Shown: one piece after another, positions 11,321 through 24,279 of the stretch
How the letters are laid out: each line of letters opens with the position of its first letter
Position numbering within the stretch: position 1 is the first letter of the stretch
Source of the DNA: Octopus vulgaris
Lineage: Eukaryota
DNA: 64,000 nucleotides
Direction of reading: 5' to 3'
Assembly: GCA_951406725.2 (NCBI GenBank)
Contig: OX597814.1
Location: forward strand, 202,678,001 to 202,742,000
Notes under the pieces: model-generated
What the model was told of the DNA's origin: nothing
Seen by the model: the letters and a program-made list of their open reading frames with translations, nothing else
Database searches by the model: none
Position numbers and translations under genes: made by a program

Positions 11321-12347
11321 ATTTAAGTAAAATTATTTTTGTTATTAAATGTTGTTCACTCATAAACGTTGCTTCACTACTGCTGCTGCTGCTACTGCTA
11401 CTACTACTACTACAATTACTACTACTACTACTACTACTATTACTATTATTACTACTACTACTTCGTTCTTAGTTTGTTGGAGCATTTGACTTTATTTGAA
11501 ATAATTTCAAAGAATTACTACAACATAAATACCAAATAGCTGATGAAGTGATGATTCTGCAGGAAATTGGTAAATTCCTTTCATTCAAATTCTTCAGATA
11601 TGTCTACTATTAGAACTACAAAGTTTCTACAGAAAGGGAAACCACCAATCCCTCTGCTTGAAATAATAGGCAAATCTCCCTCAAATCACACTGTACTCTC
11701 TTCAAACCAGGAGGGATACATTTGCTAATGTAGTTCTAGATATATTAAAATAAGATGGTCATGGATGGAATGCCTTTGACCATAGGTCTACTTGATCTGG
11801 ACTGACATGAGTTCAAGCAACAACAACAATTAGAGCAGCTATGTTTGAGTTCAGTTGGTCAACACAACAGAAAACAACAGTTTTTAATCTTTTGTGACTG
11901 AAGGTGGTGTCTTGTTGAGGTCAGTTTTTCCTGTAACCATCCAGAGTTCTGTATACCTTTTTTGTATTTGGGTAGATTTATTTCTATATTGCCCACAGGA
12001 AGCTAAACATAGAGGGGGGCAAACAAGGAGAGACAAAGGGATTAAGTCGATAACATCGACCCTAGTGTGTAACTGGTACTTATTTAATCAACCCCGAAAG
12101 GATGAAAGGCAAGGTCAACTTCAATGGAGTTATACTCCTGGGAACACCAGAGTTCAATTCCTTGCAATTTCATTCACATGGTTCCAGTTTACCTGGGGCT
12201 ATCATAAAAGACACTTCCTCCAAGATACCTCACAGTGAGACTGAACCTGTGACTTCATGACTGCCAAATGAACTTTTAAGTCATTTAGCCATAAAGATTA
12301 TTTTCTTCTTTTTTTTTTTTTTTTTTGAGAAAAAAAATTATATATAA

Positions 12348-12654
12348 CAATTGCAGCGTGGAAGGTGTTTGTAAGCCATTTAAGAAACCCACAAAAGCCG
12401 TTCGATTCACTTCAACATTTAAGTTTAATTTGTCAAAATATTTTCGTCGCTGCAGCACGGATTTTTTGTCAGTGAACAGGTCGCGGTCTTATAGCGAGGA
12501 AAATATTTTGACAAATTAAACTTAAATGTTGAAGTGAATCAAACGGCTTTTGTGTGTTTCTTAAATGGCTTACAAACGCCTTCCACGCTGCAATTGTTTT
12601 CGTTCCAGCACATGATCTCAGATCAAATCACTTGTTATGCAAGTACATCTCCGT
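12348..12654. mobile_element. fold-back Penelope-like element family P1 (copy 2)
   Basis: Same sequence as 3930-4244. Arms join at gctgcagc. TSD aattatatataa at 12336-12347; the right copy is split by a Helitron. Confidence 0.8.
12465..12515 (+). ncRNA. G3/C8 hammerhead-like motif (copy 2)
   Basis: tttgtca-GTGAACA-g-gtcgc ggtcttata gcgag-GAAA-atattt-tgacaaa, with one stem II mismatch. Confidence 0.55.
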
Positions 12655-12656
12655 AA

Positions 12657-13024
12657 TCTCTCTATATATAAACGGCAGTTTGTCTCTGTGTGTTTCTGTG
12701 TGTCTGTTAGGTTGTACCCTCACCCTGACCACGGCTTTCAACCGATTCTGATGAAACTTGACACACACATAGCCCAATGTCATAATTCAAAACTAACGCA
12801 GCGAAAATTTTGAAAAGTTCCCCCAGTTCTGAAAAAAATCGATAAATTCGACATGGGGTCGAGAATCAGAAACACAAACCACAGACTGTCTAGGGGACGC
12901 AACTCGACCTTTTTAACTAAAAAAAATTTACCATTTTTTTTTCCATTTTTTGGCTATAACTCTCTAAAAATGCTTTATAGTTATTTCCCTTACAAACCCG
13001 AGCAACGCCGGGCGATACTGCTAG
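12657..13024 (+). mobile_element. non-autonomous Helitron
   Basis: a|TCtctctatatataaacggcag ... cccgagcaacgccgggcgatactgCTAG|t. Confidence 0.85.
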
Positions 13025-14744
13025 TTATATATAAAGCGATACCAAATGCCTTGAACATCAACATTGCCTTATCCTTGTAGTTGTTGTTGTTAATAATACT
13101 GAGGATATCTAACAGTTATGGCTGTAAATGTATTTTTGTCATTACTGTATTGATGGTCACTGGATTTGTACTAAACTCATTTTGAATTGGGTCCATAACC
13201 CCAATTAAACTCAGTTTTAATTGGAACAAACTTCATTTGTTGTGCTAATACTCTTCAATTAAAATTCATGAATGTTATAATAATTTCCAATTACCTCTGC
13301 CCGTAATTCTAAGACTTTATGCCTTGTTAAAATATCGTTAATGCAACAATTTCTGCAGGTGGTGGTGGTGGTGATGGTGGTGATGGTAATAATAATAATA
13401 ATAATAGTAGTAGCAGAGGATGTAGTAGTGTGAACTGAAATCTAATCTGGCTTCAAAGAGAATGCAACAACATCCTTATTTGTATGTGTGTGTGTGTGTG
13501 TGTTGGGAGTGGTGGTGGGAAATGCATTGAATTGTTTCTCTCCAAGATTAAGCTGTTGCTAAAAAGAAATTGCACCCCCCCACCAACTTCATTTCTTTTG
13601 TTACAAAATTTCTCAGTTGAAAAACATCATTTCATTTAATTTTGAAATTAATGAAGTTAGTAAAATTAACGTTGTCCATAATAAACTTGCATTTCGAACA
13701 TAAATTAACGCAAAATTTTGATGGTGGGCCTTGAACAAAAAGCTTATATTGTAGAACCAGGAGCAGTCTCCGGTTGATTGATATCAAAAGGATTGATGAT
13801 ATTACTTTGCTATATCATGTTACACTTTAGGTATTTATTAAGGACTAACTCAATAATATTCACAAGGGGGTTTCTGAATAGTTCTAGGGTATTGCAAAAG
13901 GCCTAGTTGGAGGTCCAACCTTCTGAGTTCTTTTACAGGGCTTAGGAAAATTGAAGGTCCACTGCAATGAGTATGTGAATCTAAGAAGGGAATATCATCA
14001 TCATCATTGTTTAATGTCTGCTTTCCATGCTGTCATGGGTTTGATGGTTTGATTGAGGACTGGCAAACCAGGAGGTTGCATCAGGCTCCAATCTGACCTG
14101 GCAATTAACCGATCCTCCTGTATTTTCTTTTACTCAAAGCCAGGAACTTTCTGGCACCCCCTCATACTTCCAATTTAGACACAGGGCCAAAAGTTTTGAG
14201 AATGAGCTTAGGTGTTACATTCAGCCCCAATACATGACAGGTATTATATTTCATTTGAACCTGGAGAGGTGAAAGCAAAGTTAACCTTGGTGAGATTTAT
14301 TCTCAGAATGTAAACGGCTGAAACAAAGAATAACTCAATAATAATGTCATCCGAAACAAAACATTTTCCAAAATAATATTGTATTTCCATTATATTAATG
14401 GATTATAAATTATATTAATGGAATATACAGGCTTTCTGTTTTTCAACAACTAGACACAGATGTGATTTTATTACACACACCATTGTCTTTTGCCTTTTGT
14501 ATTTCTACTCTGGAACAATTCCCTCCTCCTTTTCCAACTTGGTTCTTAGGAATGTCTTCACCAAGTCCAAATTGATGCCAAACTCAGCATGCACAGTTGA
14601 TGTTAATAGAAGTCTAAGTACAGGGGCTCAAACTCTCAAACAGACCACTCATCACAGAAGCACACCTGACCAGGTAGGAAAAAGGAAAGCACTTGTGTCC
14701 TGGGTACATTGTATCTTGAAAAAGAAAAGAAAATATTCTTTACT

Positions 14745-14935
14745 ACTTTAGGCACAAGGCCCAAAATTTTGGGGGAAGGGGCCAGTATGCAACTGGTACT
14801 TAATTTCTTGAGCTCGAAAGGATGAAGAGCAAAGTCAACCTCAGCGGAATTTGAACTCAGAATGTAAAGACAGACAAAATATCACTAAGCATTTCACCCG
14901 GCGTGCTAACGTTTCTGCCTGCTTGCCACCTTAAG
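14745..14935 (-). mobile_element. SINE family B
   Basis: Family B consensus, reverse complement. Confidence 0.75.
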
Positions 14936-15545
14936 GAAGGCTGGAATGTTTTTGGTCATATTTCGGGTAAATCAGTTATTATCTTGACCAGTACCCCACA
15001 ACTAAGACATAGGAATTGTCTTAAATCAGAGCCAGACTTGATGACTACTCTGAGTGTTACCATGTGAGTGTTATCTTTTAAAATAAATAATCTTAAATAA
15101 TGCTTTATTTTTATAACCAGTTACATAAGATCAGACCAAGTTAGGCTAGTCATGGGTTGTAATTTATAATTTCATAAAGACTGCTCTATAATTTCATTTT
15201 GGTTAAGTGTAATTTTCGTTTAATGTATCTCCAATATATCTTAAGCTGGTTTTTGGTATTCAATGTAAGGATATTATCTGAAAGACTGTCAGGAATCTAA
15301 TGCAATATCTTAATTAAATCTGCTTGAATTATCACCTCTCTAGCTTTAGTAGCGAAACGTCTCAGTAAGATGTAATAATTACCCATCGTCTTCTTTATAA
15401 AATAACGAGTTGAAGCTGGCAGAAATGGCAGCAAACTCAACTCAACTGTTTGACAGTATTTGGTTTTGTGTCTTATGGTATTCAGTTCACATCCCAATTA
15501 AGGCTGTGATACAATTTCAGTTTCATACCTTTTTTTTTTTGTATT

Positions 15546-15735
15546 CATCATCATCATCATCGTTTAGCGTCCGTTTTCCATGCTAGCATGGGTTGGACGG
15601 TTCAACTGGGGTTTGTGAAGCCAGAAGGCTTCATCAGGCCCAGTCAGATCTGGCAGTATTTCTACAGCTGGATGCCCTTCCTAACGCTAACCACTCCAAG
15701 AGTGTAGTGGGTGCTTTTTACGTGCCACCTGCACT
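15546..15735 (-). mobile_element. RTE 3'-tail repeat
   Basis: Near-identical to the 3' UTR of the 25-27 kb RTE (catcatcgttta...ggatgcccttcctaacgc). Confidence 0.85.
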
Positions 15736-15784
15736 ATTATTATTATTTATTATTTACTTATTTAAAAAAAAAAAAAAAAAACCA

Positions 15785-15990
15785 TCCGAGCGTGGCCATT
15801 CGCCAGCCTCGTCTGGCACATAAAAAGCACCCACTACACTCACGGAGTGGTTGGCATTAGGAAGGGCATCCAGCTGTAGAAACACTACCAGATCAGACTG
15901 GAGCCTGGTGCAGCCCCTGGCTTCCCAGACCCCGGTCGAACCGTCCAACCCATGCTAGCATGGAAAGCGGATGTTAAACGATGATGATGA
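15785..15990 (+). mobile_element. RTE 3'-tail repeat
   Basis: Same family in the opposite orientation, ending gttaaacgatgatgatga. Confidence 0.85.
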
Positions 15991-16521
15991 TTTACATAAG
16001 CTGATTTTCATTGGTGACGTATTTTTACAGGAAAAATGGAAAGAAAATGCATTTAAAATATAAAAAAATCAAATCATCGTTAAAAAAAAACCCATACTAC
16101 CTCACTAATGAAACAAAGAAACAAATGGTGGGGTGAGAATTAAGCAGTAGAAGATGGGGGTAGGCAATAGCAGGTTGCACACCCCAGAACAAACGGCTTA
16201 TTAATTTTATTTTATTTTTAATTTTCTCTTTCTTTCTTCTTCCCTCTCTTTTTGCTTCCCATATATTTAAATCCTGATTCTGTGTTGCGTTTTACAGTTG
16301 TAAGCCTTGAGCTATGGTTTTTGGTTTAGTTTACCTCAACCAATTTTAGAAAGCTTGCACCAAAGCCATGAGCATTGCTCCTTCCCCTGACCAAGTCATA
16401 CAATTAAGACGAAAAATAATAGCAAAAATAATTTCCATCAGAATTCGGGAGACAGGCAGTGGAAATGTTAATGATAGGTAATAATCATTATTGTTTTAAT
16501 GTCTACTTTTCCACACTTGCA

Positions 16522-16577
16522 TTCTTCTTCTTCTTCTTCTTCTTCTTCTTCTTCTTCTTCTTCTTCTTCTTCTTCTT

Positions 16578-16608
<31 letters not shown>

Positions 16609-16637
16609 TCATCATCATCATCATTATTATTATTATT
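16522..16637. repeat. (TTC)n-(ATC)n-(ATT)n compound microsatellite
   Basis: Directly visible. Confidence 0.95.
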
Positions 16638-16729
16638 GCTGGATTCCATGGATTGGATAAAATTCACTGCAACAGATTTTTCTGTGGTCAAATGCTCTTC
16701 CTGTCACTAACCCTCCTCAATTTCCAAGT

Positions 16730-17238
16730 GATAGATACCAGTGTTGTGCAAGTGGTACCCAAGCCAGTGACACATAAAAGCACCCATGACACTCTGAGTG
16801 GTTGGCGTTAGGCAGGGCATCTAGCCATAGAAACCATGCTAAATCAGACTGAAGTCTGGTGCAGCCTTTCACCTTGCCAGCCCTGGTCAAAACCATCCAA
16901 CCCATGACAGCATGGACAACGGACATTAATGTATGTGAATGGTGCTTCTTTGCAACTATTACATTATGTCAAGAGAAGGAGACACAAACATACAGATTAT
17001 AAACTGACATACACATATGGCAGATACCGGTGTCATGCAAATGGAACCTGCACCGGTGGCACATAAAAGCACCCATTACACTCTCAGGGTGGTTGGTATT
17101 ATGAAGGGCATCCAGCTGTAGAAAACCATGCCAAATCAGACTGGAGTCTGGTGCAGCCTTCCAGCTAACCAACCCTGGTCAAATCGTCCTACCCATACCA
17201 GCATGGACAACAGACGTTAAATGATGATGATGATGATA
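16730..17238 (+). mobile_element. two tandem RTE 3'-tail repeats
   Basis: ggcacataaaagcaccc...gggcatccagctgtagaaa...catggacaacagacgttaaatgatgat, present twice. Confidence 0.75.
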
Positions 17239-17249
17239 TATACATATAT

Positions 17250-17652
17250 TTTATTTTTTTACTTGTTTCAGTCATTTGTATGTGGCCATACCTGAGCAGT
17301 ATCTTAAAGAATATTTTAGTTGAAGAAATCAACCCCAAGACTTATTGTTTGTAAGCCTAGTACTTATTCTATCAGTTTTTTTTTGCTGAACCACCAAGTT
17401 ACAGAGACATAAATACACCAACACCAGTTGTCAAGTGGTGAAGTCGGGGGACAAACACAGACACTAAGACATACACAAACACACACACACTGAAGTATGA
17501 CGATTTCTTTCAGTTTCCAAATGCACTCAAAAGGCTTTGATCAATCCGAAACTATAGTAGAAGACATTTGCCCAAGGTGCCATGCAGGGAGACTGAACCT
17601 GGAACCATGTGGTTAGGAACCAAGCTTCTTACCACACAGCCATGCCTGCGCC
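17250..17652 (-). mobile_element. SINE family A
   Basis: Reverse-complement full copy. Confidence 0.8.
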
Positions 17653-18709
17653 TATATATGTGCATCTTATCAATAAGAACTTATGCCTATGTGAGTGTTT
17701 ATACACATACACACTCATACAACAGGTTTCTTTCACTTTCCATCTACACAATTTACTCATGAGATTTTTGTTAGCCAAGGGCTATTAGTAGACACTTGCA
17801 AGTTGCTGTACCATGGGACTGAACCTAAAATCATGTGGTTTGAAAGCAAACCTTTTAACCACACAGCCATGATGTCTACCTAGAATGTTGTTCATTAAAG
17901 AGTTTTTTTTTCTTTTTTTTTTTTTGCTTTGAAATATGATAAATCCAAGTTCTGATGCTGATGTTTAATGGGAGAGACAGACAAATAGACAGAAAGAGAG
18001 AATGAGAGAGTGAGAGGGAGGGAGAGAGAGACGGACACAGAGAGAGAAAGATGAATAACTCGTTCAGAAAGTCTGGAATGGAATGGAAAATATTATTTTG
18101 TGGTCTTTTGAAATTTTTTCCCTGCATCAGCAAAATTCATTTCTCTGGAATAATTAATGTTTCTGTGAACATGGTGGCATTATAATGATTGATATATTGA
18201 TTGATATTGAAAAAAATTTATTTTTATTCTTTATTTTTACATTCTGTCTCCACATAAACATATATTATCAATATTAAACACATAACAAATTCTTTCTTTT
18301 TTTAAAAAAAAAAGAAAATGAAAAAACAAAAAGTAAAACAATTGTAAATAAGTGAAATTATTATAGAAAAATAAAATCGGTCATTTTTACCCTTTGGTGT
18401 AAAAAATACATGCTTGCATTTTGTTTTTTAATCACTATATATAAATGTGTGTGTGTTTGTAGAAAAATATGTAGATGTGTTTATATTTATACACACACAT
18501 GCACATGTGTATGTGTGTAGAGATAAAATATATAATTGATGAATCTTGTTGCACTGAAGTTTCAAGAAAAGAAACTGGAAAAATTACTTTGTATAAATTT
18601 GCTTTTCTCAACATCATGCATTGGCAACTTTGCTTTCATTCTAAATTTCTTTTGATGAGGATCAGTGTTATTATTATTTACTTCTAATTTACATGTTTGT
18701 TACAATCAC

Positions 18710-19332
18710 TTGCTGAGACACACCCAGCATCTTAGGGCGAGTGAAGGATAAAAGATGTTACAGTATGACTGAAAGATTTGGGAGGGAAAGTGATAAGGGG
18801 CAGTAGCGAAATATATTCATGTAATACAACATAGACATTTAAATTGATAGGGTTTTTCTAAGGATGTGGACAGTACTTGTCAGTACAATCTTTTGAATTT
18901 CTCTGAAACATGGTTCTCCTGGGATGTTTTTGACATCCCTTTCTTATCATGCCTAGGGCATCAACAATAACAGGAACAGTTCCTGCTGTAAGATGCCACA
19001 TCTTTTATATTTCAATTTCTAGGTCCCTATATTTACTTAATTTATCAAATTTCTTTACACTTACATCTATTACATTATTTACATTTGACGGATGTTTGTC
19101 CTCATCTTGGGGACAAATATCCATCAAATGTAAATAATGCAAATAATTCTTCATCTCTTAAATATAGAACTGTTACATCTATTAGTTTACAGGTGGGAAC
19201 ACTTACATCTATTAGTCTACAAATATTTTCTTGCCTGTCTTTAATGACTGTCTGGTCAGTTGTTTTGTTGGTATTGACTGGAAAATCCCAGAGAATAGTT
19301 ACATTTTTACCTTCAACAACTGACTCAGGATG
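18710..19332 (-). mobile_element. R4/Dong-like LINE 3' fragment (degenerate), with a nested 100-bp fold-back element
   Basis: PESVVEGKNVTILWDFPVNT...VIKDRQENICRLIDVSVP, then KYRDLEIE-like sequence. Bordered by (TAA)n-like repeats at 19333+. Confidence 0.7.
19073..19172. mobile_element. 100-bp fold-back element, family P2
   Basis: Hairpin attatttacatttgacggatgtttgtcc / ggacaaatatccatcaaatgtaaataat plus tail tcatctcttaaatatagaactg. TSD ttacatctatta at 19061 and 19173. Confidence 0.7.
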
Positions 19333-20687
19333 ATTATTATTGTAATTGTTATTGTTATTGTCTAACTCAAGCACAAGGCCAGTCATTTTTGAAAGCAGAG
19401 CCTTGTGAGGTGATTTGATAGACAGAAACTGTTTGAAGCCCATTTTGTGTGTGTGTGTGTGCATGCGTGCGTGTGTGCATGCGTGCGTGTGTGCATGCGT
19501 GCGTGTGTGCATGCATATGTATGAATGTATGTGCATGTTTGTATGAATGTGTGTGTGTATGTATGGGTATGTATATATGAATGTAAATATATGTATGCTT
19601 GCATATGTATGTGTATGAATGTAAATATATGTATGTACATATGTGTGTGTGTGTGTATGTATGGGTATGCATGTATGAATGTAAATATATGTTATCATGT
19701 TTGTGTATCTGTATGAATGGGTATGTATGTGTGAATGTAAATTATATGTATGCATGTATATGTATGATTGTATGTACGTGTGCATATGTATGAATGTAAA
19801 TGTAAGTGTGAGTGTGTGTGAGTCCTTGTAAACAAACATCATTGTCATACAAGCAATGTTTGTTTCCCATTTTCTGTGAGAAAACATATTGGCCGTAGGG
19901 AAATAATTGCCTTGTTTGGAAACAGGTGAGGGTTAGCAACAGAAAGAGCATCCAGCTGCAGAAAAATCTGCCTCAACAGATTTCAAGTGGCCCATGCACA
20001 CACATATATATATAAATAAATAATCTTTAAAAGACAAACAGAGTCATCAAATAGTTTAATCTATTTCCTGGACCAAATTAAAATATTACACATAGATAGA
20101 CATACTGGCGTGGGATTATCAAATACTTGATATTCATAAGCATGTGAACTACATTAAAATAGCTTCTTCACTCACCACCTTATCATTAAAACTCTGGCTG
20201 GTTATTCAGCAACATAAAGTGATCAACTTATAATTACAACAGTTCGTTTTAAAAGAACTTTGTAAATTTATGCAGAATCATGATAGCTTTGCTTCCAATT
20301 TCTCTTTGGTCTCTTACTCATTATCAAGGCACTGAATAAATGTGTTGAGAGTAATTTCAATGTTTGTGCAAACTGTTTATTTTTAGAGTTTTACGTTCCA
20401 AGTGTGTCAGTCATCAATATTCATCATTAAGAAGGTTTATTGCATATAGGTGACATAAGTGTCCCATTCATTTATAGACTTTGAAGGATGTAAATATAAC
20501 ATGTTATAAATATATGCATGTTGATAGTTTGGGAATGTTTGTATGCCTAATGCTCTGTATTTTGAATCTGATATCAAATGGCTGTTCAACTGTGTTACTT
20601 TGGAAGAAATAGCAAGTCTTAAAATTATATATATAGTTGAAAATAGTATCATTGAAAACTATCATCATCATCAACTTCATCTTCATA

Positions 20688-21102
20688 GTAGGAGTGGCTG
20701 TGTGGTAAGTAGCTTGCTTACCAACCTACCAACCACATGGTTCCGGGTTCAGTGCCACTGCGTGGGACCTTGGGCAAGTGTCTTCTACTATAGCCTCGGG
20801 CCGACTAAAGCCTTGTGAGTGGATTTGGTAGACAGAAACTGAAAGAAGCCCGCCGTATATATGTATATATATATAAAAACATATATTTGTATGTCTGTGT
20901 TTGCCCCCCCCCCCCCCACATCGCTTGACAACCGATGCTGGTGTGTTTACGTCCCCATAACTTAGCGGTTCAGCAAAAGAGACCGATAGAATAAGTGCTA
21001 GGCTTACAAAGAATAAGTCTTGGGGTCAATTTGCTCGACTAAAGGCGGTGCTCCAGCATGGCCACAGTGAAATGACTGAAACAAGTAAAAGAGAGTAAAG
21101 AG
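20688..21102 (+). mobile_element. SINE family A (young)
   Basis: Near-consensus head, body and tail. Confidence 0.9.
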
Positions 21103-22869
21103 TATATGTGTGTATGTGTGAGTACACACACACATACATGTATATGATGGGCTTCATTCAGTTTCCACCTACCAAATTCACTCAAAAGCCATTTGTCTGC
21201 CTGGAGTTGTAAAAGAAGCTACTTGCCTTACATTACATATAATTGGCTGAACCCAAGTCACACATATTTCATATTCATCACAGAGAACTTTCCATGCGTA
21301 AATTGGATGTTTTTGTTTTCAAACTTAATTTTAAAACATATCTAATTTGTTATTCAGCAGCGCAAGTATAGGAGAAAAACTCGCTTGATAGTTATTCATA
21401 TTTGATAGTTATAGAAAACTTTCTTGACAAGAAAGACATTGCCCAGACATGTGAATTAATGTGTTTATACGAAGGGTAAAAATATCGCTGAATATCCATT
21501 TTAAAAAAATTTACCTGTGACCTCATTTTTCGTCATTTTAAGATATTTTTGTCTTGAAAATGTTTGATTATATTAGGTATATTTTGATTTGTATTTTTTT
21601 TTGTTGGTTTGTTTTCTTGTTTCGCCCCCCCTTTTTTTTCCTTTGATCAAAGCTCTGCCAGTTCTCTTTTGATTCTAAATCTTTATTGATAAGTCCCTTT
21701 GGCACTAAATATTCATTCAGTATAATAAATATGTTTAGCTTTATAAAAGATCTCTCTCTCTCTCTCTTTCTTTCTCTCTCTTAGGAGAGTCAGAAAATTG
21801 CCAACACCCAAAATAATAAGACTTTTTCAAGAATAGATCAAAGTGACACTCCATATCAGTTAGTTTCTATCATATCACTACTTTCAGATCAGTTTGCATT
21901 GATAGACATATGGGGTTTTTTTTTCTTTTGTTTGTGTCTGAGTTTTTTTGTTTTTTTTTTCGGGGGGTGGGGTGGGGGTGAAAGTCAATTGCAATCACCC
22001 CCACACCCCACCCCCATCCAATTCAACGTCTACCGATTTTTATCATTTGGTCAGTTCCATAAATCAACTGGGAGATCTATTAGTTCTAAATCCCCCCGAG
22101 GAAAAAAATAAATCTTTCTTTTCAATGTCCCTCTTCTGCCTTTTCTTACTTCGCTGCTTTCCTCCTGTACAATATTCGATTTATTCAGAAGAGATTTGTT
22201 TCATTCGAAAGAACTTTTCAAAAGCATATTACGAGTGTGTGTGTATGTGTGTGTGGTGAAGGGGAGGGCAGAGAAGATGTAGAGTGTGGGGTGGGGGTAG
22301 GAGAAACAATGAGAGAAGTTTGTAGAACAGTTGTAAATTAAATTTTTTAAACTCTTCATGAAAAATATTTTGCTGTAATAATTAATTTCATTTGAAATTA
22401 ATTGTAATTAATTATAAAGGTGTTATTAAAAAGTAGTTCATTTTGATAACATTGTAATACTTTTATAGCTTTTTAATAACTGAATCTATAAAAAGGAACA
22501 TTTTATTTTTAATTTTCTCTTTCTTTCTTCTTCTCTCTCTTCTCATATATTTAAAGCATTAAGTACTTTGTTGTAAAATACACACAGGTGTGTGTGTGTG
22601 TGTACATGTACACATCACACACACACAGAAGCAAAGCATGGTTGTGTGGTGAAACAGTTCGTTTTCCAACCATGTAGTTTCAGGTTCAGTCCCACTGCAC
22701 AGCCCCTTCAACAAGTGTCTGTAGCTATGGCCACTGGCTGACCAAAACCTTGTGAATAAATTTAACAGATTCAAACTGAAAGACACATCTTTGTGTGTGT
22801 GTGTGTGTGTAATCCTAGAATGGCATGTCCTTGAACACAGATGATAAGGGTAGTTGTCCATTATGTTGT

Positions 22870-23265
22870 TGGTGAGTCTGATATGATGTTGACGTCAGTT
22901 TTCCTCAAGTTTCACACATCAGATTAGTTCAAAGTGTGCAGCTCCTTCATCGCAGAGGGAGCACCAGGTTCTGAGCAGAGTGTTCAAGCTGTGCCAGTTG
23001 TTATGTTGCAAGAGTTGAGGACAAGCTTAAGATGGTCTCTGAACCTCTTCTTGGCTACCCCATGAGAGTGTACATCCACTGATAGCTCTCTGAAGAAGAC
23101 CATTTCCAGGAGACGATTATCGGACATCCTGACAACATGGCTGACCCATCTTAGAAGACAGCACTGAATGATGGCTTCAACGCTGGAGATTCCTGCTTGC
23201 TGGAGAATTTCTCTGTGGGGGACCATATCTTTCCAAGTAATGCATAAAATTCATTGGAGACTCTA
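22870..23265 (-). mobile_element. RTE/BovB-like LINE 3' fragment (different family)
   Basis: EILQQAGISSVEAII...LRWVSHVVRMSDNRL..MVFFRELS..HSHGVAKKRFRDHLK. Confidence 0.75.
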
Positions 23266-24279
23266 AAGAGTAAACTGAGTATTTTTTCATTTTTTTTCTT
23301 TGTGACACCATCTCTAGAGAGGATAGGAGTAGATGTAACAGGGTGTGGTGTGTGTATTCATGTTTAATGCTTGTAACTTGATTGTAAAGTATTCAGCTAG
23401 TCTGTTTTGAAGCTGAAAGAATTTGTCAGAATACATGGTCGTGTTTAACTTTGTATCTCAAGCAAGCGTATGGGCTCACGTTAACATGATAGTAGATTCC
23501 TGCTAGCAAAGTTATGCATTATAGGGTCTCCAGTGTAAGCATCGAGGTCCATACAATACATGACTACAGGATACATAAATCAGTGTAGGGCCCTAAAGTA
23601 AATGCTGATCCCATACCTTAGATGGTGCTACTGCCGAGTGCAAACCCTTCTGGGAATTATCTTTAAATTTAACCCTCTAAGGGTCACTAAAGGTGTCTGA
23701 TCAGTATCTGGAGTATTATACTAAATAAACAGTTGTTTACTTACACAAAAACCTCTCTGTCTAAAAAACTAATACTTTTACAGACAATTTGTGACCTAAC
23801 CATCAGAAAATTGGTTTGTTGCCTATGTTCTTTGACAGTGTTACTATTGAAGAGAGTTAATTTATCTTTCATAATATTTATTTTCTTGTTTTTACAACTC
23901 AGTGAACACATTTCAAATAACAATTATATATTATTTTATTTATTTCCTGTATGCTTTAGAAATATTTTCACACGCACACACACACACACTCTCTCTCCAC
24001 CCCACTCTTTTCTCTCTTGGCTATAAAACCAAGAAGAGGAAATATTTAATTGTCATCATCATCATCATCATTTAACATCCGTTTTCTATGCTGGCATGGG
24101 TTGGATGGTTTGACAATGAGCCCTCAAGCCTGAGAGCTGCACCAGCTTCCAATTGTCTGTTTTGGCATTGTTTCTACAGCTGGATGCCCTTTCTAATGCC
24201 AACCACTTTACAGAGAGTCCTGGGTGCTTTTTTATGTGGCATCAGCACATGTGATTTTTACATGGTGCCAGCACCTAAG

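Noticed and set aside
10724-11326. His/Thr-rich ORF (also 19102-19887 and 28247-28963)
   Set aside because: Translation of CA-rich low-complexity repeats.
11536-11610. CTGATGA followed by a hairpin
   Set aside because: No intact GAAA/UH/stem I arrangement. At best a highly decayed motif.
12748-12757. CTGATGAAAC hammerhead-like word
   Set aside because: No stem II between the core halves. It lies inside a Helitron.
14505-14612. Possible minus-strand terminal exon (..HAEFGINLDLVKTFLRTKLEKEEGIVPE*)
   Set aside because: Short, weak acceptor and no recognisable homology.
16459-16710. Poly-Phe / poly-Lys ORFs
   Set aside because: (TTC)n microsatellite.
20688-20765. tRNA-like A/B boxes as tRNA genes (also 60755 and 29780)
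   Set aside because: These are SINE heads continuing into repeat bodies, with no complete cloverleaf.
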